Shown here: one piece after another, positions 1 to 9,860 of the stretch
Position numbering within the stretch: the stretch's first letter is position 1
How the letters are laid out: each line of letters starts with the position of its first letter
Virus genome (UHGV): UHGV-0252067
Length of the DNA: 32,053 bases
Source: a virus
Direction: 5' to 3' (one strand)
Program-made: the position numbers and the translations under genes
Notes under the pieces: generated by a model
The model's input: the letters and a program-made list of their open reading frames with translations, nothing else
The model's database searches: none
What the model was told of the DNA's origin: nothing

Positions 1-6
1 CCTCCT

Positions 7-1305
7 TTAGTTCAGTCTGGAAAGGGAAAGCGCTTGCGCCTGCTGTACCATCGCAAACAGGTCTTCAAAGCCCAGAGCATTATAATCTCCACTTATGAAG
101 ATTGTCTTCTCATCAGTTGTTGCCATGAATATTCCATGCCCATACACAACTCTTTGGGGCTTGAAAGGTTCCCCTTCCTGTATGGAAGGATGCCATTCTG
201 TAAAGTCTTTTGACGCATAGAACTTTCCTCCATTAACATCGCAAATGACATACCGCCCATTTCCATAGGCCACATCTGAATATGAATTACCTGTGAGCCC
301 TGGAATGGCGTTCCATTTTATACCATCGACGGAATACATGGCAGCACTCTCACCTGGGCCGGAGTGCCCTACAAGGATGAATTTCCCATTTAGAAATTGG
401 ATGTCGTTTAAAGTGGTGATTGGGATGTCCACCTTTGTCCATGTGGATAAGCTTTGGTCGGACACCATGACACTCTTTGAAGATAATGCCACGATGATCC
501 CATTCCCACAGGCCAATTTATGGCAAGCGATTTCACTTTCAAATTCGCCGGCATCGTTCCATGTAAACCCATCCAGAGATGTCTTTATGGTATAGGTGTA
601 TCCAACACCACTTATTACTGAAGGGCTCGTAAGCGCAATATATACTTTTTCCCCCAGAATCGTTCCGTAGGTGGTGAAGCGTGCCAAAAATCCCCCATCT
701 AAAAAATCCATGATATCTTTCCAGTTTAACCCATCATGGGAATACATCCAAAACAAAGCTCCTTTACGGCCAATGCCGCAAACTATAAACCGATCGTGGC
801 AAAATTTCAAGTCGTATAGACCTATACTTGAATCTGTGAATCGCTCTGTCCATCCACTTCCATCTTCTGAACTAAATAGGGTTACACCGCCTGAATCAGC
901 TTCTTTTGCAAGTACAAACATGCCATTTCCATAGGCGATCAAATTGGTTGCCCCAAATATGGAGCTGGAATTGGGATATGTCTTCTTCGTCCAAGTTATA
1001 CCATCGGCTTTGCTAGGAATGTTCATACTGCCAGTAGTATCAACTTTGACAAGCCCATCTCCTTTAACACCGCCAAGTATTTTATCTGTAGCAACTGGAA
1101 TTGTGCTAGATGACATTTTAGAATCTACATACCCCTTATTGGCAGCATCTTCCGCCGCCACAGGGGTTGGCACCTTCAGGGCCCCAACCATGGTGTCGCC
1201 GGATTTTTTAATAGTTTCCCGTTTAAAATCATCTAGCTCTTGGACGGCTTCATTCACTTTCTGGGCTAGTTCGATCGGAGTCGGTGTGACGGTCAGTTTC
1301 TCCAT
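7..1305 (-). CDS. Tail fibre / receptor-binding protein with C-terminal BNR-like beta-propeller repeats
   Basis: N-terminal fibre motifs (KSGDTMVGAL, DAANKGYVD, LGGVK), followed by repeated S-x-DG-x-x-W and AYGNG-x-F motifs. Last gene of the tail module. Confidence 0.75.
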   Translation of the reverse strand: MEKLTVTPTPIELAQKVNEAVQELDDFKRETIKKSGDTMVGALKVPTPVAAEDAANKGYVDSKMSSSTIPVATDKILGGVKGDGLVKVDTTGSMNIPSKADGITWTKKTYPNSSSIFGATNLIAYGNGMFVLAKEADSGGVTLFSSEDGSGWTERFTDSSIGLYDLKFCHDRFIVCGIGRKGALFWMYSHDGLNWKDIMDFLDGGFLARFTTYGTILGEKVYIALTSPSVISGVGYTYTIKTSLDGFTWNDAGEFESEIACHKLACGNGIIVALSSKSVMVSDQSLSTWTKVDIPITTLNDIQFLNGKFILVGHSGPGESAAMYSVDGIKWNAIPGLTGNSYSDVAYGNGRYVICDVNGGKFYASKDFTEWHPSIQEGEPFKPQRVVYGHGIFMATTDEKTIFISGDYNALGFEDLFAMVQQAQALSLSRLN

Positions 1306-1317
1306 ACTTCCCCTCCC

Positions 1318-2019
1318 TTAGATCACCAGTAAATATCCCTCAAATTTATCTATGGAACTCACTAAAATATTGACCCCTTGAATTTCAATCCCTGCTCCTG
1401 CCAACAGATAGGAATCTTCTCCTTTACGGTATACCCCTATGGGGCTTTTCCCGTTTCCTACTAATGTTATGGTATATTGATTTCCCGCCAATACGCCCCA
1501 GCGGCTGTCTGTAGCAGTAAAGTCTATTCTTTCTACACTTGCCCCCTTTTCTGGGGTAGGGGCTGTAAGGGTACCATCCGTATTGATGGTTACATTTCCG
1601 CCATTCTTAACGCCGCCCAAAGCCTCCCCTGCCACTGGAAGAGTGTAGTTTTTCAGGTTTGCCAGCTTACTTTTTTCCTCCGTAGTGTAATCATTGGAGG
1701 ACAAGCCTTTCCCCACCTCTTTATCTACCTTATTTCCTAATTGGGAAGCTATAGTAGTGGCAAAATTGGGGTCATTTCCCAAGGCCTCAGCTAATTCCCG
1801 CAGAGTATCCAACGCTTCTGGGGACGAATTTACAAGGTCTGCAATAGCCTGGGCCACTTCAGAAGCTGTTTGATATTGTCTGTCATTTTCCAGTTGGCTC
1901 ACCCGCTGGGGGATATCTTTTGTATTGGCCTTGCGGCTCTCTAGATCGGAAAAGTTGTCATTGGCAGTTTTGAGGATATTTGCTACAAAATCTCCCAATT
2001 TGATGGTATTTAGAGACAT
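1318..2019 (-). CDS. Tail fibre-associated structural protein
   Basis: Motifs common in phage fibre proteins (PEALDTLRELAEALGNDPNFATTI, KVDKEVGKGLSSNDYT, LGGVK) and position in the tail module. Confidence 0.7.
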   Translation of the reverse strand: MSLNTIKLGDFVANILKTANDNFSDLESRKANTKDIPQRVSQLENDRQYQTASEVAQAIADLVNSSPEALDTLRELAEALGNDPNFATTIASQLGNKVDKEVGKGLSSNDYTTEEKSKLANLKNYTLPVAGEALGGVKNGGNVTINTDGTLTAPTPEKGASVERIDFTATDSRWGVLAGNQYTITLVGNGKSPIGVYRKGEDSYLLAGAGIEIQGVNILVSSIDKFEGYLLVI

Positions 2020-2020
2020 G

Positions 2021-2737
2021 TTATACTCCTTTCAACACAACTCGACCAGCAAAAGCCTGATCCGACTGCACAGACAGACTCCCATTTGGCAGCCAAACAG
2101 TTTGGCACAGTATATTTTCCCACCCGTTTTCCCCCTGGCGGACCAGCTCCATTACCACCACGTTATAACCTAGATTATGGTTGGATGCAGGGATTAGCAA
2201 CTCCCGGTGGATTCCTCGGTCAATCCAGTCCTCTGGATCGAAGGTCTGTAGGTAAAGTGGGGTTCCCTTGTCACCTTCACTTCCTGCAATATATACCTCA
2301 TTCCCCACTGGGGTACCTTCGCAGAGAAGCTGTAGCCGGCCATTTTCATACCGTAGCCCATCCGCTTTGCTGGACAATTTCTCTAAAATTTTATCATAAG
2401 CATCTGGTGTTGGGGGATGGGGTGGCTGCCCTTCCATTAATCCGCTGGGAACTACCTTGACAGATGCCCGGTTCGCTGTAATCCGATTCCCACCAAAAAC
2501 CGATACTGTGAATTTAGGGCTCTTTATAACTTCCCAGGGTACCAAGCACCTATCGCCTTCATCCAATAGCGCATGTACTGTGTCTTCCCCATGGGAGAAT
2601 ACCGCTGTCTTTGATGCTTCCGCCCAGTCATCGGTAAATCGGAACTGGGCATGCAAATAGTTCCGGCTATCCGCTACGACATAGGTATCTCCGCCAGCTT
2701 CTATATGCTGGTGGTTCACACAAAAAATAATATCCAT
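2021..2737 (-). CDS. Baseplate-upper (BppU-like) / tail tip protein
   Basis: N-terminus VVADSRNYLHAQFRFTDDW..KTAVF resembles BppU-type N-terminal domains; position in the tail module. Confidence 0.6.
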   Translation of the reverse strand: MDIIFCVNHQHIEAGGDTYVVADSRNYLHAQFRFTDDWAEASKTAVFSHGEDTVHALLDEGDRCLVPWEVIKSPKFTVSVFGGNRITANRASVKVVPSGLMEGQPPHPPTPDAYDKILEKLSSKADGLRYENGRLQLLCEGTPVGNEVYIAGSEGDKGTPLYLQTFDPEDWIDRGIHRELLIPASNHNLGYNVVVMELVRQGENGWENILCQTVWLPNGSLSVQSDQAFAGRVVLKGV

Positions 2738-2738
2738 G

Positions 2739-2978
2739 CTATCCTCCTATTGGATATTCTACGATATAAGCCCCACCGACTTTAGCTACCTTTACCCTCT
2801 GACCAGGGCTAAAACTGGCAGATTTGTTAAATTTGTATTTTTTCTGCCTTGCCTCTGTTTCGCCATCAAATTTCAGGCGGATGCCATCAGAAGCGACCGA
2901 ATACACCGTAGCCAAAAAATCTGTTTTGGGCTCTTTACGGAGGTCTTGCTGCCTTTCTTGGTAGCTGCCATACATCAT
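2739..2978 (-). CDS. Small tail tip protein
   Basis: 79-aa ORF translationally coupled between tail genes. Confidence 0.6.
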   Translation of the reverse strand: MMYGSYQERQQDLRKEPKTDFLATVYSVASDGIRLKFDGETEARQKKYKFNKSASFSPGQRVKVAKVGGAYIVEYPIGG

Positions 2979-4015
2979 GTCATAAACACCAACCTTCTCG
3001 CCTTATGGGTGTATTCACCACCAAATCCAGTTACCAGCTCCCATTCAGTTTCTTGATAAATGCCATTAACCGCCTTTGTCTGCAAAGCCACAATTTCCCC
3101 TACTTGGTGAGAGGGGATTGGGGCCGTTGAAAAAATAACGGTTTCAGTGGAAAGCATGGATTCGTTTTTAAGGTTGTCCACATAGTCCTGTAAGGTATCC
3201 TGATTGGCAATGTCATCTACATATTCCACAGGTGCGTGGATTCGCCGCCCACGGTTTACTGTCGAAATAGCAGACATCGGGCTGTCATTGACTGCGGTTG
3301 CCACCATCATACTCTTATCCGGCGAGGAGACGATCGCTGTGAACACATTAGCGGCTGTATAAGTATCCATTTCAGTGGTTACCCCATCCTTGATAATTGA
3401 GTATTGGTTTTCCTCATATTTTTGGGTCGGAACACTGCTAGATGCCGTTTTCTTCTTCCCCAAGCGCGCAAAACCGTTTTTGTCAAACCAGAGAGCCTCA
3501 TAATTCATTTCGGACAGCAAGGTGTTGACGATAGAGATGTAACTTGTGCCAATGCCCCAGTCCTCTCGGTCGGTGGATATAACTAAGTCGCTAGCTTCCT
3601 CAATCTCCCGTGTAATGCCGCATTCGGTGAGGATCGCCTTGATGGCGTCCAAGTACTTTGTCCCTTTGGCGATGTGGAACGTCTGGCCAGTGGATGCTTG
3701 TTGTAGCAGGATGGTTTGGTCATATGCTTCAATGTTAAGTCTAGCCCCACCCTGACCGGATACTGTGGAGACTGTAGTGGCGATGAACTCCCCCACTGGG
3801 TACTCTACACCGTCCACAATTTGTATAACGTGAAGTCGGTCACTAAGCAAATCAATATCGGGCTCAGCTTCAATAGTGCAACTCAACGAGGTCTTGATCT
3901 CAGCCTTTTGCACCATATGGATTCTCATATTTCCCTCTACTCGGAGAGATTTCTTTTTCGCACCATTGCGGTATAGATCAAGGCGTTGGGAGATAGCCAT
4001 CTCGTTATAGATCAT
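2975..4015 (-). CDS. Tail hub / Tal-like minor tail protein
   Basis: Second gene after the tape measure gene; motifs YPVGEF, IEAYDQTILL and LWFDKNG resemble siphophage hub proteins. Confidence 0.65.
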   Translation of the reverse strand: MIYNEMAISQRLDLYRNGAKKKSLRVEGNMRIHMVQKAEIKTSLSCTIEAEPDIDLLSDRLHVIQIVDGVEYPVGEFIATTVSTVSGQGGARLNIEAYDQTILLQQASTGQTFHIAKGTKYLDAIKAILTECGITREIEEASDLVISTDREDWGIGTSYISIVNTLLSEMNYEALWFDKNGFARLGKKKTASSSVPTQKYEENQYSIIKDGVTTEMDTYTAANVFTAIVSSPDKSMMVATAVNDSPMSAISTVNRGRRIHAPVEYVDDIANQDTLQDYVDNLKNESMLSTETVIFSTAPIPSHQVGEIVALQTKAVNGIYQETEWELVTGFGGEYTHKARRLVFMT

Positions 4016-6077
4016 AGCATATCGCCTCCTCGCCTGTTTCGGTGATAGTAAATCCCAGTTCCAGATAGCGGGAGCCTGATTGCTGGATGTCCCCCAGTAC
4101 GCCCAAGGCTACATCACCATACAGGTCTTTATAAACAACCCTTTTCCCTAACAGTTGATTGACCTCCTGCATCTTCCCCCGCTCCTGTTGTTGGAGGGAG
4201 AATTCCAAGGTGTGTATCCTGCTTTTGAACTCCGCTACCTCAGCCACTGGGTAAACCCGTCCAGCATAGGATTGGTAGTTTACTTGCCGGGTGGTGGAGA
4301 TGGAGTGGGTAGGATTCTGGCCGATCTTCCCTCCCAGTTCAATCCAAGAGATAGGGCTGACCGTAGAGAGAAGATATCGCTTAACTTTAACCGTCCCGGC
4401 GATCTCATTACTCATAGAGTAGTTCCCATTGGCCAGCGCCCCACGTACCCGGTACTGATGGGTTCCATTGCTCAAATAGTCGGTATAGACCCGTTCGGTG
4501 GTCTTCCCAATCAAAGTGCCGTCTCGGTAGATATAGAACATTGTAAATGCTTCATTCTCAGCTTGTGATGGGAAGGAAAGCTCCACTCCATTGTTGTGCT
4601 GCGCCGCCGTTACCTGTAAGGACGGCCCAGGTGCGTTTTGGATGCTGATCGTTTGCTCTGCCCACTTGCTCCAAAGCCCCAAGCTGTTTTGTACCCGTAT
4701 ACGCAGCGGATACTGTCCATCCTCAAAATAGGCATTGGTTGTGTGGGATTTTTCTGTCCCAAACGTTTGGTAATGGTAATCTCCGATTTCCAATTCATAG
4801 GCTTCTTGGCCAGTACTCTGCCACCGAATGGTAGGACGAGGAGTTTCCTTGATATCAAAAAAGATGGGAGCCGGCCCCGCGGCATACACAACAATAGGGG
4901 CTGCTTCGCTCCAAGGCCCTGCCACTCCATCGGTGTTATAAGTACGCACCCTCCAAAGAATGCTGCCTCCCGAGAGGGCGTCAGCTGGGACAATCCCGGT
5001 CTGGCTTTCCCCTTCAAAAGTGATTAAATCCTGCCAAGATGTACCCCCATCGGCGCTTGTTTGCAAATCCGCTCTTTGCTGCTTCGTTCCAGTAGAGTTT
5101 GAATGGCCCCATGTAAAGGTGTTTGCTTCAGTGCCATCGATGTAAGTTGAAATAGGTGAGATAGCAGTTGCGGTAGACAATGTGTCCACAGTAGACGCAG
5201 TCGCCCAGTCACTTGTTGTCAGGACTCCAATAGGTGTCTCGGTTGCCCAGCGATACTCTATCTCATCATCTGTGAAAGTACCTGCGGGCACATACATAAC
5301 TCCGCTTGCCCAATGAGATCCGCCATTGCCTTCTTGGATATATTCATGATACTCGGTCTCCCCTGGCTTTCTCCACTGAATGCGCATCGTTTTTTGGTCT
5401 AATTTTCCTGTTTCCCCATTAAATCCTATCACTGCGGGCGGAAGCGATACATCCCAAGAAAATCTATTCTCAACATTTTTGGGAAGAATTGTTCTTGGCG
5501 GAGGCTGATTGTCAAATGAAAACTTAGCGTCCTGATATGTTAAATCCGCATACGGTCTCATACTGCCACGAGATGAGTGAAAATACGCTTTTTTTTCGAC
5601 TGAGCTGGCATTTGCCGGCCCCAAAACAATAGTTGAAGCAAGGCCTCGTAAAAACTTTTTATCGTTCTCCGGGCTATTCCCTCCACTATTGTATAAAAAA
5701 TTGACATATGTATTTGCCGTGGCAGTAACTCGAAATTCAGAGCCCCACAGCATTGAAAAATCTCTAAACGGAAGATTATTATATGTTACTTCATTTGATA
5801 TCCATTTTCGAATATCCATTGTTAATTCTTTTGCTGCGTATAGCCAGAAAGATGTTGCTATATGACTCGATGGCAACGTAGAATAAGCTAGTGAAAATGA
5901 GCTTGGGGAAATTATCTGTTTCCCTTCAAGCCCTACCAAATCAAAGGTTAGTACAATGTAGCTGGAGCCCCCAGAAAGAGATCGGAGCTCTAAGGTTGAT
6001 GCTGTGCCGCCATTGATATCTGGCGAACCAGCAAATATTGCCGCACTTTCCTTGGCATACACTCGTTTTGTTGGCAC
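4005..6077 (-). CDS. Minor tail protein (evolved distal-tail-like; Fn3/Ig-like repeats, possible N-terminal carbohydrate-binding domain)
   Basis: Immediately follows the tape measure gene; Fn3-like motifs WRVRTYNTDGVAGPWS and IRVQNSLGLWSKW. Confidence 0.65.
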   Translation of the reverse strand: MPTKRVYAKESAAIFAGSPDINGGTASTLELRSLSGGSSYIVLTFDLVGLEGKQIISPSSFSLAYSTLPSSHIATSFWLYAAKELTMDIRKWISNEVTYNNLPFRDFSMLWGSEFRVTATANTYVNFLYNSGGNSPENDKKFLRGLASTIVLGPANASSVEKKAYFHSSRGSMRPYADLTYQDAKFSFDNQPPPRTILPKNVENRFSWDVSLPPAVIGFNGETGKLDQKTMRIQWRKPGETEYHEYIQEGNGGSHWASGVMYVPAGTFTDDEIEYRWATETPIGVLTTSDWATASTVDTLSTATAISPISTYIDGTEANTFTWGHSNSTGTKQQRADLQTSADGGTSWQDLITFEGESQTGIVPADALSGGSILWRVRTYNTDGVAGPWSEAAPIVVYAAGPAPIFFDIKETPRPTIRWQSTGQEAYELEIGDYHYQTFGTEKSHTTNAYFEDGQYPLRIRVQNSLGLWSKWAEQTISIQNAPGPSLQVTAAQHNNGVELSFPSQAENEAFTMFYIYRDGTLIGKTTERVYTDYLSNGTHQYRVRGALANGNYSMSNEIAGTVKVKRYLLSTVSPISWIELGGKIGQNPTHSISTTRQVNYQSYAGRVYPVAEVAEFKSRIHTLEFSLQQQERGKMQEVNQLLGKRVVYKDLYGDVALGVLGDIQQSGSRYLELGFTITETGEEAICYDL

Positions 6078-6089
6078 CCTCTCACCCCC

Positions 6090-8024
6090 TTACCCAATGT
6101 ATCCCATACGGTAGCTTTGCCGCTCGCTTTCTAGCATCCTCTGAATTTTGATATATGTTCCGATGTCGTCCACTTTGAAGGTATTGTTATTGATAACAGT
6201 GGTGCCCGTTACCGTCGCTGCGTGTCCTTGTCGCCCCAAAGGCTTCACAATGGCCCGTCCTCCCCGCACTTCCATCAGCTCCGGCCCTTTTTCCCCTACA
6301 ATTGCCCGGCCAGAAGAAACAATCCCGCCTTTTGCCAGCAGGGGAATTTCCGGGATTGTGCCAATGTTAAAGCCAAAGGTCTTCCCCCCCAGGAAGGGGA
6401 TCCAATCTGGCACATCGATTTTGATGGAGTTCAGCCCTTCAATCAAGCTGTTGATCCCCCCAATAGCTAGGTTTAAAAACTCAATGATGACATTGATGGG
6501 AGCCTTAACAATTTCAATCAAACTGTTCCAGATTCCAACAAAGAAGTCTTTCATCTTTTTTAAAGCTTCTGGGATTTTTTTGGTGAATAGTTCCACAAAA
6601 AAATCTCCGACTCCCTTGAAGAAATCCATCAACCCGTCAAAAATCTCCAAAACCCCGTCCCGGAAATCCTTGTTAGTAAGAAGGAGAAGGGCCAGCGCTG
6701 CAACTACCGCCGCAATGGGGTTAGCTGCAATGAAAGAAAACGCCTTTCCTAAGAGGCCAACATCGCTAGTGAGAGTCTTGATCATTGGCCCCAGTTTTTC
6801 TCCTAGCCCCATAATGCCAGAAATTCCTGCACTCACGCCTCCGATGGCCAGCAAAACCGGGGAGAGCGCCGCTGTGATCAATAGGATGGTAGCCAAAAGA
6901 GATATGGTGTTGTCATCCAGGGAACCGACCACACCGGCGATCTTTCCCAGCAAATCGGCGGCAACCTGCATCACCTTGGAGATGATTGGTTCTGCAATCT
7001 CCCCCAGCTCCGCCCACGCCTCGTTCATGTCAAACTGGGCGTTGGCCGATTCAATCAATGCCGCATTGTTCTCCCGGTACCGTCTGTTGACTTCCGCAAG
7101 CCCAGTCTTGGCTAGAGTGGACATGATGTACTTTTGCTCCTGGCCGTTCCTGGAAGCCCGTTCTAGCCCTGAATTGAAAGAATCGAGATTATATCCCAAC
7201 CGTTCCAAAAGCTCTCCAAACTGCCCTGTAGCCTTTCCTGTGGCCAATGTTTCCTGTAGGCTGTCCGATAAGCTTTCGATTTTCAAAGTGTCCGGGAACT
7301 GGATCACCGCGCCGGATAGGGCATCCACCGCTTTTTGCAACTCGTTGCCTTTTAGTCCCGCTTTCAGCAGGTTGGATAGGGCCTCTATGTTGGAGTCGCT
7401 TTCCCCTGTGATGGCATTGAGATCCCGCAGACGGTCTTTGACGTCCGACAAACTGGCCCCGGCCACCTCCACGTTGGTTTTTAGCTTGGATAGGTCTTGC
7501 CGGTACTCCCGAGTACTGACTGCTGCTGCTGCAAACCCGCCAGCCACTGCCGTTGCCCCCGCAGACAGCGGTGCCATGGCTTTTCCTGCCTTGGTTGCGT
7601 TGTCCCCGAACTCCTTAAAGGCTTTGGCTGCATCTTTTGGCGCTTCCTCCAAGGATTTTGCCAGTTTTTCTGCCTCAGCCTGGGTCTTTTTCAAAGCATC
7701 TTTTGTGGTTAAGATTTCGCGGGCAAGTTCCCGCATTGCTTCTTCCGAAATATCCGCCCCGCCGATAATGGCTTCATTGGCTTGCTGCTGCACCTGTTTC
7801 AGGCTATCAAGTTTTGCACCCAAGTCTGCTGTGTTATTCGCCAGTAATTTCTGTTTTTGGGCAACCATCTCGGTATTCTTTGGGTCGAGTTTCAGCGCCC
7901 GGTCCACTTTTTTAAGCTCTGCCTGGGTAGCGTTGATATTTTTGTTGACACTTTTTAAAGCGCTGTCAAGGCCGCTGATATCGCCTCCAATGCTTAGAGT
8001 AATGCCCTTGATGTAATCTGCCAT
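6090..8024 (-). CDS. Tail tape measure protein
   Basis: N-terminus IKGITLSIGGD..LKLDPKNTE, Ala/Leu-rich helical repeats, C-terminal LAKGGIV..VGEKGPE; follows the tail chaperone. Confidence 0.93.
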   Translation of the reverse strand: MADYIKGITLSIGGDISGLDSALKSVNKNINATQAELKKVDRALKLDPKNTEMVAQKQKLLANNTADLGAKLDSLKQVQQQANEAIIGGADISEEAMRELAREILTTKDALKKTQAEAEKLAKSLEEAPKDAAKAFKEFGDNATKAGKAMAPLSAGATAVAGGFAAAAVSTREYRQDLSKLKTNVEVAGASLSDVKDRLRDLNAITGESDSNIEALSNLLKAGLKGNELQKAVDALSGAVIQFPDTLKIESLSDSLQETLATGKATGQFGELLERLGYNLDSFNSGLERASRNGQEQKYIMSTLAKTGLAEVNRRYRENNAALIESANAQFDMNEAWAELGEIAEPIISKVMQVAADLLGKIAGVVGSLDDNTISLLATILLITAALSPVLLAIGGVSAGISGIMGLGEKLGPMIKTLTSDVGLLGKAFSFIAANPIAAVVAALALLLLTNKDFRDGVLEIFDGLMDFFKGVGDFFVELFTKKIPEALKKMKDFFVGIWNSLIEIVKAPINVIIEFLNLAIGGINSLIEGLNSIKIDVPDWIPFLGGKTFGFNIGTIPEIPLLAKGGIVSSGRAIVGEKGPELMEVRGGRAIVKPLGRQGHAATVTGTTVINNNTFKVDDIGTYIKIQRMLESERQSYRMGYIG

Positions 8025-8038
8025 GGTTCCCCCCCCCC

Positions 8039-8233
8039 CTAGAACTGGTCAAAATCCTCTTGTGTTGCGATATATTCCGGCTCCACCGTGTCGTTGAGCT
8101 TTTCGGTGAACATGTCGTTGACCAGTCCCACGGTCAACAAATCTAAATCTGAGATGGAGATTCCTAACTCCACTGCCCGGAGCAAAAACAGTGGGGTTGT
8201 TAGCTCCCGACTTGTTTCTTCAAGTTTTTTTTT
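8039..8233 (-). CDS. Tail assembly chaperone -1 frameshift extension (gpGT-like)
   Basis: Slippery GCA AAA AAA AAC (A9 at 8225-8233). The -1 frame reads LEETSRELTTPLFLLRAVELGISISDLDLLTVGLVNDMFTEKLNDTVEPEYIATQEDFDQF* and stops at 8039, just before the tape measure gene. Confidence 0.88.
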   Translation of the reverse strand, partial: KKKLEETSRELTTPLFLLRAVELGISISDLDLLTVGLVNDMFTEKLNDTVEPEYIATQEDFDQF

Positions 8234-8580
8234 GCCTCAACTGTGGTCTGCTCGCTCAGGCACCAGAGTTCCAACACCTGTGGCATGACCTCATAGATGG
8301 AGAAAAGCGGGAAATCGTCCAACCACTCATCAATGTCATCCTTGGTATTTTCGGGGTCAGCATGTTTTGCCATCATATAGGTTAAATTTTCAAAAAGCTC
8401 CAGATCATCCAGTTCAAATTCATTACCCTCCGCCTGGTTTTTAAGGTAGGCCCCCTTGAGCTTTTGCAGGTCCACAAACATGTCCCGGCCAAATTTTATC
8501 CGGTACAGCCGGGGGAGGGAGGCGGAGGCCCGGAATTTTACATCCCGGTCCCCCACATGGATTGTTGCTTCCATCCGCAT
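8200..8580 (-). CDS. Tail assembly chaperone (gpG-like)
   Basis: Lies between the major tail and tape measure genes. AGGAGG precedes the ATG at 8580; ends ..AKKN at the slippery site. Confidence 0.88.
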   Translation of the reverse strand: MRMEATIHVGDRDVKFRASASLPRLYRIKFGRDMFVDLQKLKGAYLKNQAEGNEFELDDLELFENLTYMMAKHADPENTKDDIDEWLDDFPLFSIYEVMPQVLELWCLSEQTTVEAKKNLKKQVGS

Positions 8581-8591
8581 ACTTATCCCTC

Positions 8592-9161
8592 CTAATTTTC
8601 GCCAGTCCAAACTTTGGTGAACCAAGCATTATAGATCTCATCTGATGTTTCTGGGGTGGTCTTGGCCTTTATTCGCCCATCGCTCAAAGGCCGGGCGGTC
8701 AATGTAATGGTCTCCGTTTTCACTTCAATACTGGATCCCTTAGTGCTACCTTCAATGTTAGGGCGGGTTGCCTTGACATTGTACAACACATGCCGGGTTG
8801 CCTTTTCATCGCCGGTAAACTCGAACAAAAATGCAAAGTTCTTCGCCAATGCTTTGGAGTTTTCTACCATTACCTTATCGGTAGTGGACATTTCCTCTCC
8901 CAGCGCCTGGGATAAAAACTCATCTGGCAACAGCGCAAATTCTGCCGTGCCGTCGTAGCCATTGTTGGCGATTGCCGTAAAATATTCGATGTCGTCCGCA
9001 TAGAACGAGGTTGTGTCGCCCACCGGCGAGAAGGATACCGACACTGCGCCAGGGATTCGAATAGGAGCTCCCCAGCTATAAGCGCCGTCCTCCCCTTCAG
9101 TCAGCATGGCAAAATAGGCGTTATTCAGCCCGAATTTGATCTTGTTCTTTTTTCCTGCCAT
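8592..9161 (-). CDS. Major tail protein (phi13-like family)
   Basis: Motifs KFGLNNAYFA, IPGAVS, FYADDIEY, NNGYDG, RHVLYN..ATRP. Confidence 0.92.
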   Translation of the reverse strand: MAGKKNKIKFGLNNAYFAMLTEGEDGAYSWGAPIRIPGAVSVSFSPVGDTTSFYADDIEYFTAIANNGYDGTAEFALLPDEFLSQALGEEMSTTDKVMVENSKALAKNFAFLFEFTGDEKATRHVLYNVKATRPNIEGSTKGSSIEVKTETITLTARPLSDGRIKAKTTPETSDEIYNAWFTKVWTGEN

Positions 9162-9163
9162 CC

Positions 9164-9481
9164 CTATACCTCACTTTCATAGATTGTCTGGTGCATAAAT
9201 TCTTCATCAATATAAGTTTCCGACTTTTCATAAGCCAGCCCATGCACTTCCAGGATGGCTTCCAATATTGTCTCTGCCACTGGGTCTTTTCTAGACGTAT
9301 ATAACTCTATTTGCAGATGTTTGATCTTTGTGTGCACCCTATTGTCTGCAAAGAAATGAAATTCAAAGGGGACGGTATAGGCAATGTAGGGCATAGCCTG
9401 AGGCTCCCGGAAGGACTGGTACGCCACCGGATACCCAGTTTCCTCTAGCATTGCGTCAATTTCGCTGAGCTCCAAGCTCAA
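9164..9481 (-). CDS. Tail terminator / completion protein
   Basis: Position before the major tail protein; motifs PVAY..F, FFADN, IELYT..KD. Confidence 0.75.
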   Translation of the reverse strand: MSLELSEIDAMLEETGYPVAYQSFREPQAMPYIAYTVPFEFHFFADNRVHTKIKHLQIELYTSRKDPVAETILEAILEVHGLAYEKSETYIDEEFMHQTIYESEV

Positions 9482-9860
9482 TCGCCTCCTTCACCTTACG
9501 GGGCAGTTCCTGTTTGGCCATCTGTTCCGCTGGCCGAATATGGGGTCTTGCTTTGGTTTCCCCAAATGTCCGGCCAGTGCCGTTTTTGATGGTATGCCCG
9601 TATTCCAACAGGTGGGTCAGTTGGTAGTGCTTGGGGTTGTACACCCGAAAGCGCACATTGTCTATGTCCTCAAACTCTTTCTTGACTTTCCAGCCCTTCG
9701 CATATTCCCCAGTCCTCTTGGGGCTTTTGAGAACAATATCTTTCTTCGCCTGCTGGGCTACCTGCCTGCACGCCTCTTTCACCTCTTCGGCCACCTCGGT
9801 AGAATACCCCTCCAAAATGTCCATCACCGCTTTGGACAGGTTATCTATTTTGACTTGCAT
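9456..9860 (-). CDS. HK97 gp10-like neck protein
   Basis: Motifs SPKRTGEYAKGW, LTHLLEYGH, RPHIRPA. Confidence 0.85.
   Translation of the reverse strand: MQVKIDNLSKAVMDILEGYSTEVAEEVKEACRQVAQQAKKDIVLKSPKRTGEYAKGWKVKKEFEDIDNVRFRVYNPKHYQLTHLLEYGHTIKNGTGRTFGETKARPHIRPAEQMAKQELPRKVKEAIELGAQRN

Noticed and set aside
7..2737. Diversity-generating retroelement or invertible tail-fibre system
   Set aside because: No reverse transcriptase or invertase ORF, and no template/variable repeat pair or inverted cassette was seen.
6148..8016. 622-aa plus-strand ORF
   Set aside because: Antisense shadow of the tape measure gene; no RBS or recognisable motifs.
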